Shown: positions 32,341 through 42,307, numbered from the stretch's first letter. The stretch: 64,000 nucleotides of DNA from an uncultured Planctomycetaceae bacterium (GCA_963813715.1 CAWFAK010000008.1:384001-448000), one strand, 5' to 3'. Numbers and translations: made by a program. The notes: generated by a model from the sequence alone, not told the origin.

Positions 32341-32398
32341 CTTCGCTGACGCTTCGGGTTAGTGCAGACGATAAACCAACCCGAAGCGTCAGCAAGGG
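32341..32398. repeat. Intact family A REP inverted pair
   Basis: CTTCGCTGACGCTTCGGGTTAGTG ... ACCAACCCGAAGCGTCAGCAAGGG. Confidence 0.85.
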
Positions 32399-32437
32399 CT
32401 CTTGCAGGGTGGCCCGGCTTGCATCTTCGGCCGCAAT

Positions 32438-34486
32438 GTGGTGGATTCGGAAGAGCCAATCACGATCGATCTCGATCGTCGCACTCCAATTCCGGGCCCG
32501 TCCACAAGTGACCAACCGACCGACATCCGCAGCAACGAATCCCTCGGGAGGCCCCGGCGCCCCGAGAGCCCCGCTCTCTCAGTGGACCGCCGCGAACTGG
32601 TCGTGGCTCTGCTGTTGTTCGGCTCGACGCTGCTCGTCTATGCCCAAGTCTGGAATTTCGGGTATTGCATCCTCGACGACAGCGCCTACGTCACCGACAA
32701 CGGTTACGTCCAGCAAGGACTCACGCGGGCGGGAGTCGAATGGAGCTTCACGACGGTCCACGACGCCAACTGGATTCCGCTCACGTGGATCTCGTTGATG
32801 CTCGATAGCGATCTCTACGGCGTTCGCCCCGGCGGATATCACTTCACGAATGCCCTCTTGCACGCCGCGAATGCCGTGCTGCTTCTGCTGGCGTTGTCGC
32901 GGGCAACGGGAAGTCTGTTTCGCAGCGGATTTGTCGCCGGGCTGTTCGCTTTGCATCCGCTGCATGTCGAATCGGTGGCGTGGATCGCCGAGCGGAAGGA
33001 CGTCCTGAGCATTTTCTTCGGACTGCTCTCGCTATTGGCCTACGTCCGCTACGCGACCGGAGCCAGCCGCTGGAACTTGGGGGTTTCATGGCTGTGCCTG
33101 GTCGCGAGCTTGGCGTCGAAACAAACGCTGGTGACGCTGCCGTTCGTTTTTTTGCTATTGGACTATTGGCCGCTGGGCCACTGGACCGCCGCCGAGCCGA
33201 GTCCCGCACCGAGCGCACGGCCAGCAAAGACTCGCGGAAAGAGCCGAGCGAAGGCCGCCAAGCGTGAACCGCGAATTTCCCGGTGGAATCGTCCGGCGTT
33301 ACGACTGGTGAGTGAAAAGATTCCGTTCTTCGCCGTCGCCGCGATTTTTTGCGGAGTCGCTTTGAAGGCCCAGCGCGATTACGGTGCCGTGATCGCCCTG
33401 CAGGGCATTTCGTTCCCCTTGCGTTGCATGAACGCGATCTACGTCTACGCCGCCTATTTGGAGAAAACCCTGGTCCCGTACGATCTGGCGATCTACTACC
33501 CGCACCCGTTCGGGACTTTGAGTTGGCTCGCGGTGGGACTGGCGGCCACTCTGCTTTTGGCCGTGAGCGCCGCGGCGATCGTGTTCATTCGCCGTTTGCC
33601 GTTTCTGTTTGTCGGTTGGTTCTGGTACCTCGGCACGCTGGTGCCGATGATCGGCCTCGTGCAGATCGGCTCGCAGCAGATGGGCGATCGCTACACGTAC
33701 TTCCCGCTGATCGGTGTGTTTCTGGCCGTGACGTGGCTGGTTGCTGAGTTCGTGCCGGCCGGAGTTTTGCGCACGCGAGTCCTGCCGGCGGCCGCGGTGG
33801 CGAGCTTGGTGCTCTTAGCGGCGACGTCCTACTCCCAAATTGGCTACTGGCACGACAACATCACCCTCCTGCGGCATTCCGAGGAATGCACGGCCGACAG
33901 CGGCGCAATTCACGAATTCCTGGGCAGCGCGGAGCTGCTGGAAGGCGACCCCAACGAGGCGGTGGCCGAGCTGAAAAAGGCGCTGGCGTTTTCCCCGAAC
34001 TATGGGCCCGTGCATCGCAATCTGGGAACCGCCTATCAACGGCTCGGCCGATTCACCGAGGCGTCCGCCGAATATCAAACCGCCATTGGGCTCGGCGAGC
34101 AGGATCCCGAGACCTACGTCGATCTGGGCGTGACGCTGTTCAATCGCGGGCAGGCCGAGGCCTCCAAAGCCCAATTTCTCCAGGCGCTCGCGATCGATCC
34201 CAATTCGGTCCCCGCCAACTACAATTTGGCGCTCGCCTGTTCGGAAACCAAGGACTTCGCCGCCGCCGTCACCTACGGGGAGCGGGCCCTGCAACTCGAT
34301 CCCAACCTGGCGAGTTGCCACGTCTGCGTTGCGCTCGCGCTAGAGGCCCAAGGACACCTGGACGAGTCGATTCGCCACATGCAGCGGGCCGTCGAACTCG
34401 AGCCCAACGACCAGGCCGCCCGGCAAGAATTGGCGCGGATGCAGTCGCAGCAGCCAAACGCCTTTCAGACTTCGCCGCCTCGCTAG
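32438..34486 (+). CDS. Multi-TM GT-C-like protein with C-terminal TPRs (TMTC-like); start uncertain
   Basis: LDDSAYV, NWIPLT, LFALHPLHVESVAWIAERKDVL, MGDRYTYFP, followed by tandem TPRs. Confidence 0.85.
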   Translation: MVDSEEPITIDLDRRTPIPGPSTSDQPTDIRSNESLGRPRRPESPALSVDRRELVVALLLFGSTLLVYAQVWNFGYCILDDSAYVTDNGYVQQGLTRAGVEWSFTTVHDANWIPLTWISLMLDSDLYGVRPGGYHFTNALLHAANAVLLLLALSRATGSLFRSGFVAGLFALHPLHVESVAWIAERKDVLSIFFGLLSLLAYVRYATGASRWNLGVSWLCLVASLASKQTLVTLPFVFLLLDYWPLGHWTAAEPSPAPSARPAKTRGKSRAKAAKREPRISRWNRPALRLVSEKIPFFAVAAIFCGVALKAQRDYGAVIALQGISFPLRCMNAIYVYAAYLEKTLVPYDLAIYYPHPFGTLSWLAVGLAATLLLAVSAAAIVFIRRLPFLFVGWFWYLGTLVPMIGLVQIGSQQMGDRYTYFPLIGVFLAVTWLVAEFVPAGVLRTRVLPAAAVASLVLLAATSYSQIGYWHDNITLLRHSEECTADSGAIHEFLGSAELLEGDPNEAVAELKKALAFSPNYGPVHRNLGTAYQRLGRFTEASAEYQTAIGLGEQDPETYVDLGVTLFNRGQAEASKAQFLQALAIDPNSVPANYNLALACSETKDFAAAVTYGERALQLDPNLASCHVCVALALEAQGHLDESIRHMQRAVELEPNDQAARQELARMQSQQPNAFQTSPPR

Positions 34487-34595
34487 AGACAGACAGATCG
34501 AATTCGCAGCCACAGCTCGAATTGGCTGCGCCAGGCGGGGTTTTTGTTTGCGCCGAATCCGCCGCTAGAATGACGGCATGAGCGACAGTCAGGGC

Positions 34596-34667
34596 CCGCC
34601 CTTAGTTCAATGGTTAGAACGCGCTCCTTATAAGGGCGTAATCCGGGTTCGATTCCCGGCGGGCGGA
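34596..34667 (+). tRNA. tRNA-Ile with UAU anticodon (CCA not encoded)
   Basis: Cloverleaf: acceptor CCGCCCT/CGGGCGG (one mismatch), D-stem GTTC/GAAC, anticodon stem CGCTC/GGGCG with loop CT-TAT-AA (34629-34631), T-arm CCGGG-TTCGATT-CCCGG, discriminator A. Confidence 0.9.
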
Positions 34668-34754
34668 TTTCCGCCCGACATAAACTCCCGTGCCGCTGAC
34701 GACCACGTGACACTCCCGACCAGCTGACACGATCTACTCGACGACGCCCACAAA

Positions 34755-36254
34755 ATGACGCTGCCGATGAATGCTGCTGACACGTCCGCGGCCCCCTCCC
34801 GTTCGCCCGGTTCGGGCACTGCTCCCGCCCTGCTCGCCCGGTTTCGCGACATCGTCGGCGAAGGCGGCCTGCTGTCGGCGGCCGAAGAGCTGCTCGTCTA
34901 CGAGTGCGATGGCTACGTCGTGGAGAAGAAGGCGCCCGACGTCGTGCTGTTCCCCGAAACGCGGGAGCAAGTGGTCGCCATCGTCAAAGCGTGCAACGAA
35001 TTCGACGTCCCGTTCGTGCCGCGGGGTGCCGGGACGAGCCTGTCGGGCGGCTGCCTGCCGGTCGGCGGCGGCGTAATGATCGCGCTTACGCGGATGAAGC
35101 GGATTCTCGAGGTCAATCTCCGCGATCGGTACGCCGTCGTCGAGCCGGGCCTCGTCAACGTCCACCTCACGCAGCATCTCAAAGGGACCGGCTACCACTA
35201 CGCTCCCGATCCGTCGAGCCAGGGCGCCTGCACGATCGGCGGCAACGTGGCCACGAACTCCGGCGGCCCGCACACGCTGAAATACGGCGTGACGGTGAAT
35301 CACGTGCTGGCCGTCGAAGTCGTGCTGCCCGACGGCTCGGTCGTCGAGCTGGGCAGTCCGACCGGCGACTCGCCCGGCTACGATCTGACGGGGCTTTTCG
35401 TCGGCAGCGAAGGGACGTTTGGAATCTGCACACGAATCACCGTGCGACTGACCCGCAACCCGGCCGCCTATCGCACGCTGTTGGGCATCTTCGAGACGGT
35501 CGCGGACGCCACGCAGGCGATCAGCCGCATCATCGGCGCGGGCATCATCCCGGCGGCCCTCGAAATGATGGACCAGGGGATCGTCGGCGCGGTCGAGGCG
35601 GCGTTTCATTTCGGCTTTCCGCTCGACGCCGGCGCCGTCCTCTTAATTGAGGTCGACGGGCTGGAAGTGGCCGTCGACGAAGAGGCCGAAAAAATCGTCG
35701 CGCTCTGCCAGGCAGCCGGAGCCCGCGAAGTCCGCCGGGCCACGACCGAAAAAGAACGCCTGCTCTTGTGGAAGTGCCGCAAGCAGGCCTTCGGCGCGAT
35801 CGGCCGCTTGAGCCCCAGCTACTGCACGCAAGACGGCGTCGTCCCCCGCACGCGGCTGCCGGAAATTCTGGCTTTCATCACCGAGTGCGGCACTCGCCAC
35901 GGCATCCGCATCGTGAACGTGTTTCACGCCGGCGACGGCAACATCCATCCGATCCTGCTCTTCGACGAACGCGACACCGCCCAAGTCGCCCGCGTCCTCG
36001 AAGCCAGCGACGAAATTCTCGGCAAGTGCATCGAAATGGGCGGCAGCGTGACGGGCGAACACGGCATCGGCGTCGAAAAAATCAGCTTCATGGACAAACT
36101 CTTCACGCCCGACGACCTGGCCGTGATGCGACTCGTCCACGACGTCTTCAATCCCACCGGCCGCTGCAGCCCCCAAAAAATGCTCCCCACCGCCGGCGGC
36201 TGCGGCACCGAGCAAATCGAACGCAGTGCCCCGGGCCGCCGGGCGGCGCTGTGA
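34755..36254 (+). CDS. glcD: Glycolate oxidase FAD-linked subunit
   Basis: PRGAGTSLSGG, APDPSSQGACTIGGN, GSEGTFG, HAGDGNIHP, GEHGIGVEK. Confidence 0.9.
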   Translation: MTLPMNAADTSAAPSRSPGSGTAPALLARFRDIVGEGGLLSAAEELLVYECDGYVVEKKAPDVVLFPETREQVVAIVKACNEFDVPFVPRGAGTSLSGGCLPVGGGVMIALTRMKRILEVNLRDRYAVVEPGLVNVHLTQHLKGTGYHYAPDPSSQGACTIGGNVATNSGGPHTLKYGVTVNHVLAVEVVLPDGSVVELGSPTGDSPGYDLTGLFVGSEGTFGICTRITVRLTRNPAAYRTLLGIFETVADATQAISRIIGAGIIPAALEMMDQGIVGAVEAAFHFGFPLDAGAVLLIEVDGLEVAVDEEAEKIVALCQAAGAREVRRATTEKERLLLWKCRKQAFGAIGRLSPSYCTQDGVVPRTRLPEILAFITECGTRHGIRIVNVFHAGDGNIHPILLFDERDTAQVARVLEASDEILGKCIEMGGSVTGEHGIGVEKISFMDKLFTPDDLAVMRLVHDVFNPTGRCSPQKMLPTAGGCGTEQIERSAPGRRAAL

Positions 36255-36576
36255 GCGCAGCTCAAGGCAGAGCCCCGGCCTCTCGCTCCTTGTCGGACTG
36301 TTCGACCCGGATGACGCGGGACTCGTCCTTGAGTTTGCGAAGTTCGTCGAGCACGATCCGAATTTGTGCGTGATTCGCTTCTCGACGGAGGCATCCGCAG
36401 CGGGATCAACACAGGCTTGAAGTCGGGGGACAGAGACATCAGTCCCTCGCGGTGCGGCTGCCCAGTTGATGGATCGTTGCCTGTCAGCTCGAACCAAATA
36501 TAGGCGCGACTTCCGATCTGACCTGAAATCGCCTGAATCTACTCGGGCCAGACGTGCTTCCCCGGAAAGGGGTGGA

Positions 36577-39122
36577 TCAGCATTTCTTTTCCCACATCGG
36601 TCGATACCGTCGAAGAGGTGAGAGCCGGGAGGCGTCTGTGGCTAATTTCACCAGGAAGTCACACCGGTCCTTGGCGAGCAACGTGGCCGATCCGCCGTGC
36701 TCCGCCGACGCGTCGATCCCGGCTGCTTCGATCAAGTCTGCCGCATGCTGCTGCAGCAAGGTGGTGCGAAACGTAATCTTGAGCCGCTGCGGTTTGCGAA
36801 GCTCTTGCAGGAGGTGCTGGATTTGTTCGTGGACCGGCTGCGTCTGCCCAATCACCAGGGAGAGCGTCTTGTCGACGTGCTGAATTCGCCCCTCACCGCC
36901 CGCCCCTTCCCAGCTTTTGGGCTCGGCCGCGGTCCGGATGAGCTTCTCCAGTGAATTGAAGTCGATCTTTTCGTCGCGGACCGCTCCAGACTGCGGCTGG
37001 GAAGCCAGCAACAGATCGGCGACCGGATAGGCGAGAAACACCAACGGGTCGGCCGGCGCGAGCAGGAACATTTCGTCCTGGAATTCGCATCGCACGCCCG
37101 CTTGCTGAAACCCTTGTTTGAGAACCGATTCGAGCGTCACCTCTTTGACGTGCATCGTAATCGGCGCTTGCAGGTTTACCGTCATTGAGACGACGACGTT
37201 GCCGAGATGCCAGTCCTTCCACATGTGATCAATAAACTGTCTCAGAGACAACTTTTCGCAATCGAAGTTCATGCGTCGCTGCAAAGCCTCGCGCAGCTTC
37301 TTATCGGCTGGAAACTCGATCCGAAGACTCCCATTCTCGAACTCATATCGCAAATGCAGCTGATCGAAGATGCGTTGCAAGGCGACGGAAACGGGCACGT
37401 CGGCGACATGCAGCGTCACGTGTTGGGGACACCGCGCATCAAGATTCGCCGCTTCGTGAGCCTCGAGAAGCTTCTGCGCACTGCGCTTGGCGTCAGATTC
37501 GGATCCCGGAAAATGGAAATAGGGATAGTGGAAGGTGCTAAACGGCTGCTCGTAGCGAAATTCGATTTTGGGACGCTCGCGAAAAATCTGCTCCAGGACT
37601 TCAGAGAGCGGCAGATTGTCGCAGTCGATGGTGACGTGCCGATCCAGTTGAGGCACGACGGCGTGCGATTCCGGGCGCTTTCGGGCAGGCTCGGCAGGAC
37701 GCCAATCGCCGAAGTGTTTGAGCGCCTGGCGAATCTCTTCTTCCGTTTGGATCCCCGACAAGGGGATTCCCTGGTCGCCCGAATTGATCCAGATTGTCGG
37801 AACCGCCTTGACCTTGAATCGTGTCTGCTCGCCGGTCATGGGAGCGTTGACATCGACTTTGATGATCCGATGTCCCTCCGCTTGCAGTCGGTCGATGATC
37901 GGCATCATCTGTTGGCACGGTGGGCTGTTCTTTGAATAAAAGAAATAAGCGTAGGTGGGCCGATCGTCGGGATGACCAACCATCGGCGACGCCTTCGCTG
38001 CCGGCTCCTCCTTCCCCTTCGCGGCTCCGCGGACAAATTCGTCGGCCAGCAGGTGGTCTCGGAACTCGGCCTTGAGGCTCAGTAAGGACGTGCCTTGCTC
38101 GCGAAGCTTCTTGTTGACGTCGAACGCCGTCGCGACCTTAAAATCTCTTTTCAAATTTTCGACATACTTGTTGAACTCGTCCGTAATCGCATTCTCGGCC
38201 TTCTCTCTCTCCGCCTTTCCAAGCGAGGCGATCATGGCTTGCGCCCACCCGCGGGTGTTGAGGTAATTCTGGGAAAACTTACGCAGCGCGAGCAGTTGCA
38301 GTTGCCGGTAGTCCGACTCCTCGATCTGGCCGGCGGCCAAAGCCTTTGTCGCCGTCGCCAGGCTGGTGTCGTCGGGAGTGAGCGGCTCGGTCCACGCCCG
38401 CTGAAAGATGTCCGACGCAAGCACAGGCTGGCCGTCGACCGACGCGATCATTTCGTTGCCCGTCATCTTCTTGCCGCTCGTCGCCTGCAAAGCTCTCAAT
38501 GTAATTCTTGATCTGCACCACTTTGCGATCGGGGATCGCAGCAGCCGGGGGATCTCTGGGCGTAATGATGACGTTCCAATGACTGACTTTTTCCGGGGCG
38601 TTGGAAGGGTCGGGCGGCGCGAAGAACTTGCCGACGATCGAGCGCACCGTGTCTTCGCGATTCAGCCCCCTCAGCGCCGTCAACCCGTTCGGTTGTTTCA
38701 GGATGAGCAGGGGATGGAAGGAAATCGGATCTGGGTCCACGCCATATTTCTGTTTTAGGTCTTGCGCGATGTCGATCTTGGTGATGGGATAGCCTTGTCC
38801 CCGCAGGTGGTCGATCAAGGGTGTCAACAGTTGCGACTCGCTGTCGCTCCGCGAGTAGATGTAATAGGCGCCGTCAGCGAGTGGCGCGGTGCTGCCGGAC
38901 TGCTTCTCAGTCGTCTGCGGCGGGGCGGCGGGAGGGGACTTCTTCTCGAGCAGCTCGCGCAATACCTTCACGTCGTGCCGCAGGTCGCGGACTTCGTCGC
39001 GAATTTGCTGGAGGGCCGGCTGCAGGTCGGTGTCGGCCGACTGCGCGGCCGCCGGCGAGGGCCGCCAAGGCGATGGACGTCAGGCCGATCGTGGTCAGGC
39101 TGGTACGGACAAAACAAAACAT
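36577..39122 (-). CDS. Large secreted multidomain protein (coiled coil, two thioredoxin-like domains, SurA-N-like region, STN/secretin-N-like repeats); frameshifts near 39060 and 38490
   Basis: AAGGAAGGA RBS and signal peptide at 39122; YIYSRSDSESQLL and YFFYSKNSPPCQQM; IASVDGQPVLASDI; YPVADLL...SLVIGQTQPVHEQIQHLL. Confidence 0.65.
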
Positions 39123-39175
39123 GGGGAAGCTCCTTCCTTGGCTGCGGAAATGCCGCGCGGGCGTTTGGCTGAGCG

Positions 39176-40753
39176 TCATGGCTCTGCTCCCTTCGAGAGG
39201 TCCGCTCGATCTGGGCCGGCTGAGGAACGGTCGGCCGGCGTGATGGTGGTGAGCGTGAGTCGTTGATAGCGGTCGTCTAGCTGTGTCGCCCTTGCCGCGA
39301 TCCGGCGTGCCAGCTCGACGACCCGTACATCGTCCGGCCGCCGCGTCTCGGCCAGGTCGATGACTGCATCGATTTCGCCGTGTAATTGGTCCAGTTCGCG
39401 GCCTAACGCCGTCGCCGCTGCCCGCTCGCTCGGCGAAAGTGACGCGAACGCAGCTCGCTCGCCGCGTCCGTCTGCGAGTGCTACGGCCGCGCTGGCCAGC
39501 ACCGTCGTTCGCGGCGCGGCGCAGACGAAGAGGCTCGCGATGCCGACCGCGGCCAGGGTGACGAGTCGGCCGCGGGCACGGGTGTTCCACGCATCGCGAA
39601 CCGGCGTGCCGTTGAGCAGCCGTTCGACCCGTTCGCCCAGATGCGAGACGGCTCCCAGTGCCCAGAGAGCCTGGAGCCGGGGGGCGGTCGGCGAATTGAG
39701 CGCGGCGATTTGCGTCAGGCAGCGAGCGAGTGCCAGGCCGTTTGCCGCACGAGTCACGGCCCATTCGTCGCAGAGGATCTCGGCCGAGCGACGCCATTCG
39801 CGACGGGCGAGAAAATTCAGCGGCTGAAACGCGAAGCACGAACAGAGGATGCGGCCCCACCAGAGCCAAATCGCATCGCCGCGGACCAGATGCGCCGCCT
39901 CGTGCGCGAGCAGGGCGTACACCTCGCTCGAATCGAACGTGCGCAACACCTCTTCGGGCAGCACGATCGTCCAACGAAAGACGCCGAAGGCCGCCGGCTG
40001 GCGAAACGTCGGCGAGGCGAGAAGTCGAAACTTTCGACGCACGCCGCCGTGCCGCGCAATCCGCTCGAGCTGCCGGCAGACCGACGGTTCGCCGATGACG
40101 CGACAGTCTCGCAGTCGTAGCGAAAGGAGGATCGTTTGCCACGCGAGCCTCACGATTCCCGCGCAGCAGAGGGCGATCAGCAGGCCGGCGAGCCAGGTTA
40201 AGGCTAGCGAAGCGCGCGGTCTCTCCGGTGCGAGCGGCGCAACGTTGTCCGAGGTCGCGCTCGACACTGGCGCGGTCAACGCCGGCTCGCGTCCGCCCGG
40301 GGGCCGATCGGCGACGAACTCGATTGCCGCCAGTGTGCGATCCGGTTCGGCAGCACCGTCAACGAGCGGTGCGCCCGCGTCTGCCCGCGGTGCTTCTTCC
40401 GACAGTAGCGACACCGTGGGCACGCGCTCATCGGGCGAAGCGGCGAGTTCGGCAACGGGTTCGCCGAGTTTTTCCCGGATCGACGTGCCGCCGAAGGCCA
40501 GGTCGAGCGTTGGGGGCGAGAAGCCTAACTCCAACTCCAGAGGCGCGGTGACGAGGGCCAGCACAGCCGACAGTTTCCAAAGTCGTTCCTTGAGCCTCTC
40601 GCTGCGAATGCGGCCCGTGCGGATGGCCAGCCATGTTCCGCCTAAAAGCAACGTCGAGTGCAGCAGGTACGTGGTCGCGAGCGTCAACGTCGCCGGGGCG
40701 AACGATGCGGCGGCGAACGATGCGCGGATGAGCGTCGACAATTCATTTGCCAT
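39176..40753 (-). CDS. BlaR1/MecR1-like M56 peptidase signal transducer
   Basis: TM segments, PAAFGVFRWTIVLP, LAHEAAHL zinc motif, AEILCDEWA. Confidence 0.9.
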   Translation of the reverse strand: MANELSTLIRASFAAASFAPATLTLATTYLLHSTLLLGGTWLAIRTGRIRSERLKERLWKLSAVLALVTAPLELELGFSPPTLDLAFGGTSIREKLGEPVAELAASPDERVPTVSLLSEEAPRADAGAPLVDGAAEPDRTLAAIEFVADRPPGGREPALTAPVSSATSDNVAPLAPERPRASLALTWLAGLLIALCCAGIVRLAWQTILLSLRLRDCRVIGEPSVCRQLERIARHGGVRRKFRLLASPTFRQPAAFGVFRWTIVLPEEVLRTFDSSEVYALLAHEAAHLVRGDAIWLWWGRILCSCFAFQPLNFLARREWRRSAEILCDEWAVTRAANGLALARCLTQIAALNSPTAPRLQALWALGAVSHLGERVERLLNGTPVRDAWNTRARGRLVTLAAVGIASLFVCAAPRTTVLASAAVALADGRGERAAFASLSPSERAAATALGRELDQLHGEIDAVIDLAETRRPDDVRVVELARRIAARATQLDDRYQRLTLTTITPADRSSAGPDRADLSKGAEP

Positions 40754-41126
40754 GCCGCCCCTCCTTCTCCCGGATGAGCTCTTTGAGCCGGGCCAACTCT
40801 TCGGCAGAGACCTCGCGACTGTCGAGCAGATGGCTGACCATCTCAGCCAGGTCGCCGCCGAAGAGCCGCGCGGTCAGGTCGGCAAGCATCGAGCGGCGGA
40901 CGTTTTCTCGTTGCACGGCCGCCCGGTAAATGTTCACTCGGCCGTCGGACCGATGACGGACCTGGCCGTTGCGTTCCATCTTGGCCAACATGGTGCCGAC
41001 CGTGGTATGGGCCAGCGGCCGCGACTTGTGCAGGGCCTCGCGCACGTCGGCCACCGTGGCTTCGCCGCGTTCCCACAGCACCTGCATGATGGCTAGCTGC
41101 AAGGTCGCCAGTTGATGTTTGGCCAC
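40743..41126 (-). CDS. BlaI/MecI/CopY-family repressor
   Basis: LAIMQVLWERGEATVADV, LAHTTVGTMLAKME, LFGGDL; overlaps the M56 gene start. Confidence 0.92.
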   Translation of the reverse strand: MAKHQLATLQLAIMQVLWERGEATVADVREALHKSRPLAHTTVGTMLAKMERNGQVRHRSDGRVNIYRAAVQRENVRRSMLADLTARLFGGDLAEMVSHLLDSREVSAEELARLKELIREKEGRHGK

Positions 41127-41214
41127 GATACGATTCTCTCTCGCGTGTCTTGCTCGATCGAGGACGAGACTAGTCGGTCAGTCGAAGCGTGTATCCTGCA
41201 GTGACCTCGCTCAC

Positions 41215-42199
41215 CAACTTTTTTCATCTCGTGACGTAAGTCGTTTTTTGGCATCGCCGTCGCAAGGCGGTAAAGATGAGCTTGCCTTGCACCCAGCGGT
41301 GGACGCGTCGGTGGCCGCGAACCCAAGCGGGCAGTGCCTGCAATCCGGCGCTCCAAGTGCTCAAGTATCCGAAGTAGCGTTCGATCGCGTTACGTTCTTG
41401 ATGGAGGGCACGGCCGAACGAGCTTTGCGGATTCGAGAGCAGTTCAAGAGATCGCAGCCGAGCGGGACTCTGACGCCGATGGCCACGGCGACGGCCAAAT
41501 CCGTAACGCGGAGGTGCCACCAGTTGCACGCCGCGTTCGAGGCAGACGTCGTGTAACTGGTTCGAGTCGAAATTTGCATCGGCGAGCAAGTACCCTTGCA
41601 CAGCCGCTTGCTTCAACATCCGCCGCCCCATCGCCCGCTCATCCTTTTGCATGGGAGCCACGCGCGAGGCAGCGATCGAGCCATCGCTGCCGACCACCGC
41701 GTGTAGCTTGTACCCTTTGGCTTTGCAGCCCGCGGCGCGGCCGTACCCAGCTTGCCGGTCTTTCGAGCAACCGCCGATCGGCAGAGGCTTGCCATCGATC
41801 ATCCAATACAGGGGCTTGTTCCCACGAGGAGCCAGTTCAGAACGTTCGATCTCTTGCAGCATTTGCTGGACCTCGGCACTCCGCAGTCGTCTCGACATGG
41901 TGCTCGACGATGGCAATTTGCGGCGACGCTCATGCAGCGGCCAGTTCCGAAGATCGCACGCCCAGGACACAGGCCGACCGTGCAGAACGGCCCACAGCCA
42001 AACCTGCACAATGTCGTCTGCCCCGTATCGTTCCCGCGTGCGCCGACGACGCTTGCTCGCCTGTTTGAGAAGGATCAAAATCGCCTTCCAGAGTTGGTGT
42101 TCCACATCCGTCTCCTTTCGTGTGGTTACGATTGAGACTATGTGTAGCACCAACTTTTTATTGTGCAAGTCTTTATGACTCCTCGCGCAAAAAGAGCTG
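41215..42199 (-). mobile_element. Insertion sequence copy 2 (985 bp), inserted in a family A REP
   Basis: TCAC duplication at 41211-41214 and 42200-42203; differs from copy 1 by about 4 substitutions and a 2-nt insertion at the end. Confidence 0.92.
41224..42105 (-). CDS. DDE transposase, 293 aa
   Basis: Same protein as 18976-19857 with three amino-acid changes. Confidence 0.9.
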   Translation of the reverse strand: MEHQLWKAILILLKQASKRRRRTRERYGADDIVQVWLWAVLHGRPVSWACDLRNWPLHERRRKLPSSSTMSRRLRSAEVQQMLQEIERSELAPRGNKPLYWMIDGKPLPIGGCSKDRQAGYGRAAGCKAKGYKLHAVVGSDGSIAASRVAPMQKDERAMGRRMLKQAAVQGYLLADANFDSNQLHDVCLERGVQLVAPPRYGFGRRRGHRRQSPARLRSLELLSNPQSSFGRALHQERNAIERYFGYLSTWSAGLQALPAWVRGHRRVHRWVQGKLIFTALRRRCQKTTYVTR

Positions 42200-42251
42200 T
42201 CACGCTTCGGGTTAGTGAATACGACAGACCAACCCAAAGCGTGAGCGAGGG
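42200..42251. repeat. Family A REP pair (left unit interrupted by the IS; inverted unit 42228-42251)
   Basis: TCACGCTTCGGGTTAGTG ... ACCAACCCAAAGCGTGAGCGAGGG. Confidence 0.8.
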
Positions 42252-42281
42252 CGACTTTAGGATCCGCGTGCCACGCCAGAT

Positions 42282-42307
42282 CTACTACCACGGTAGTAGT
42301 TCGTCAA
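42282..42307 (-). promoter_or_regulatory. Candidate BlaI operator palindrome inside a minus-strand promoter
   Basis: Perfect inverted repeat CTACTACC-AC-GGTAGTAG (42282-42299) next to a TTGACG -35 (42302-42307, minus strand). Confidence 0.6.

Noticed and set aside
36226..36420. Small ORF after glcD as a glcE remnant or real gene
   Set aside because: No glcE similarity, no clear RBS and no motif
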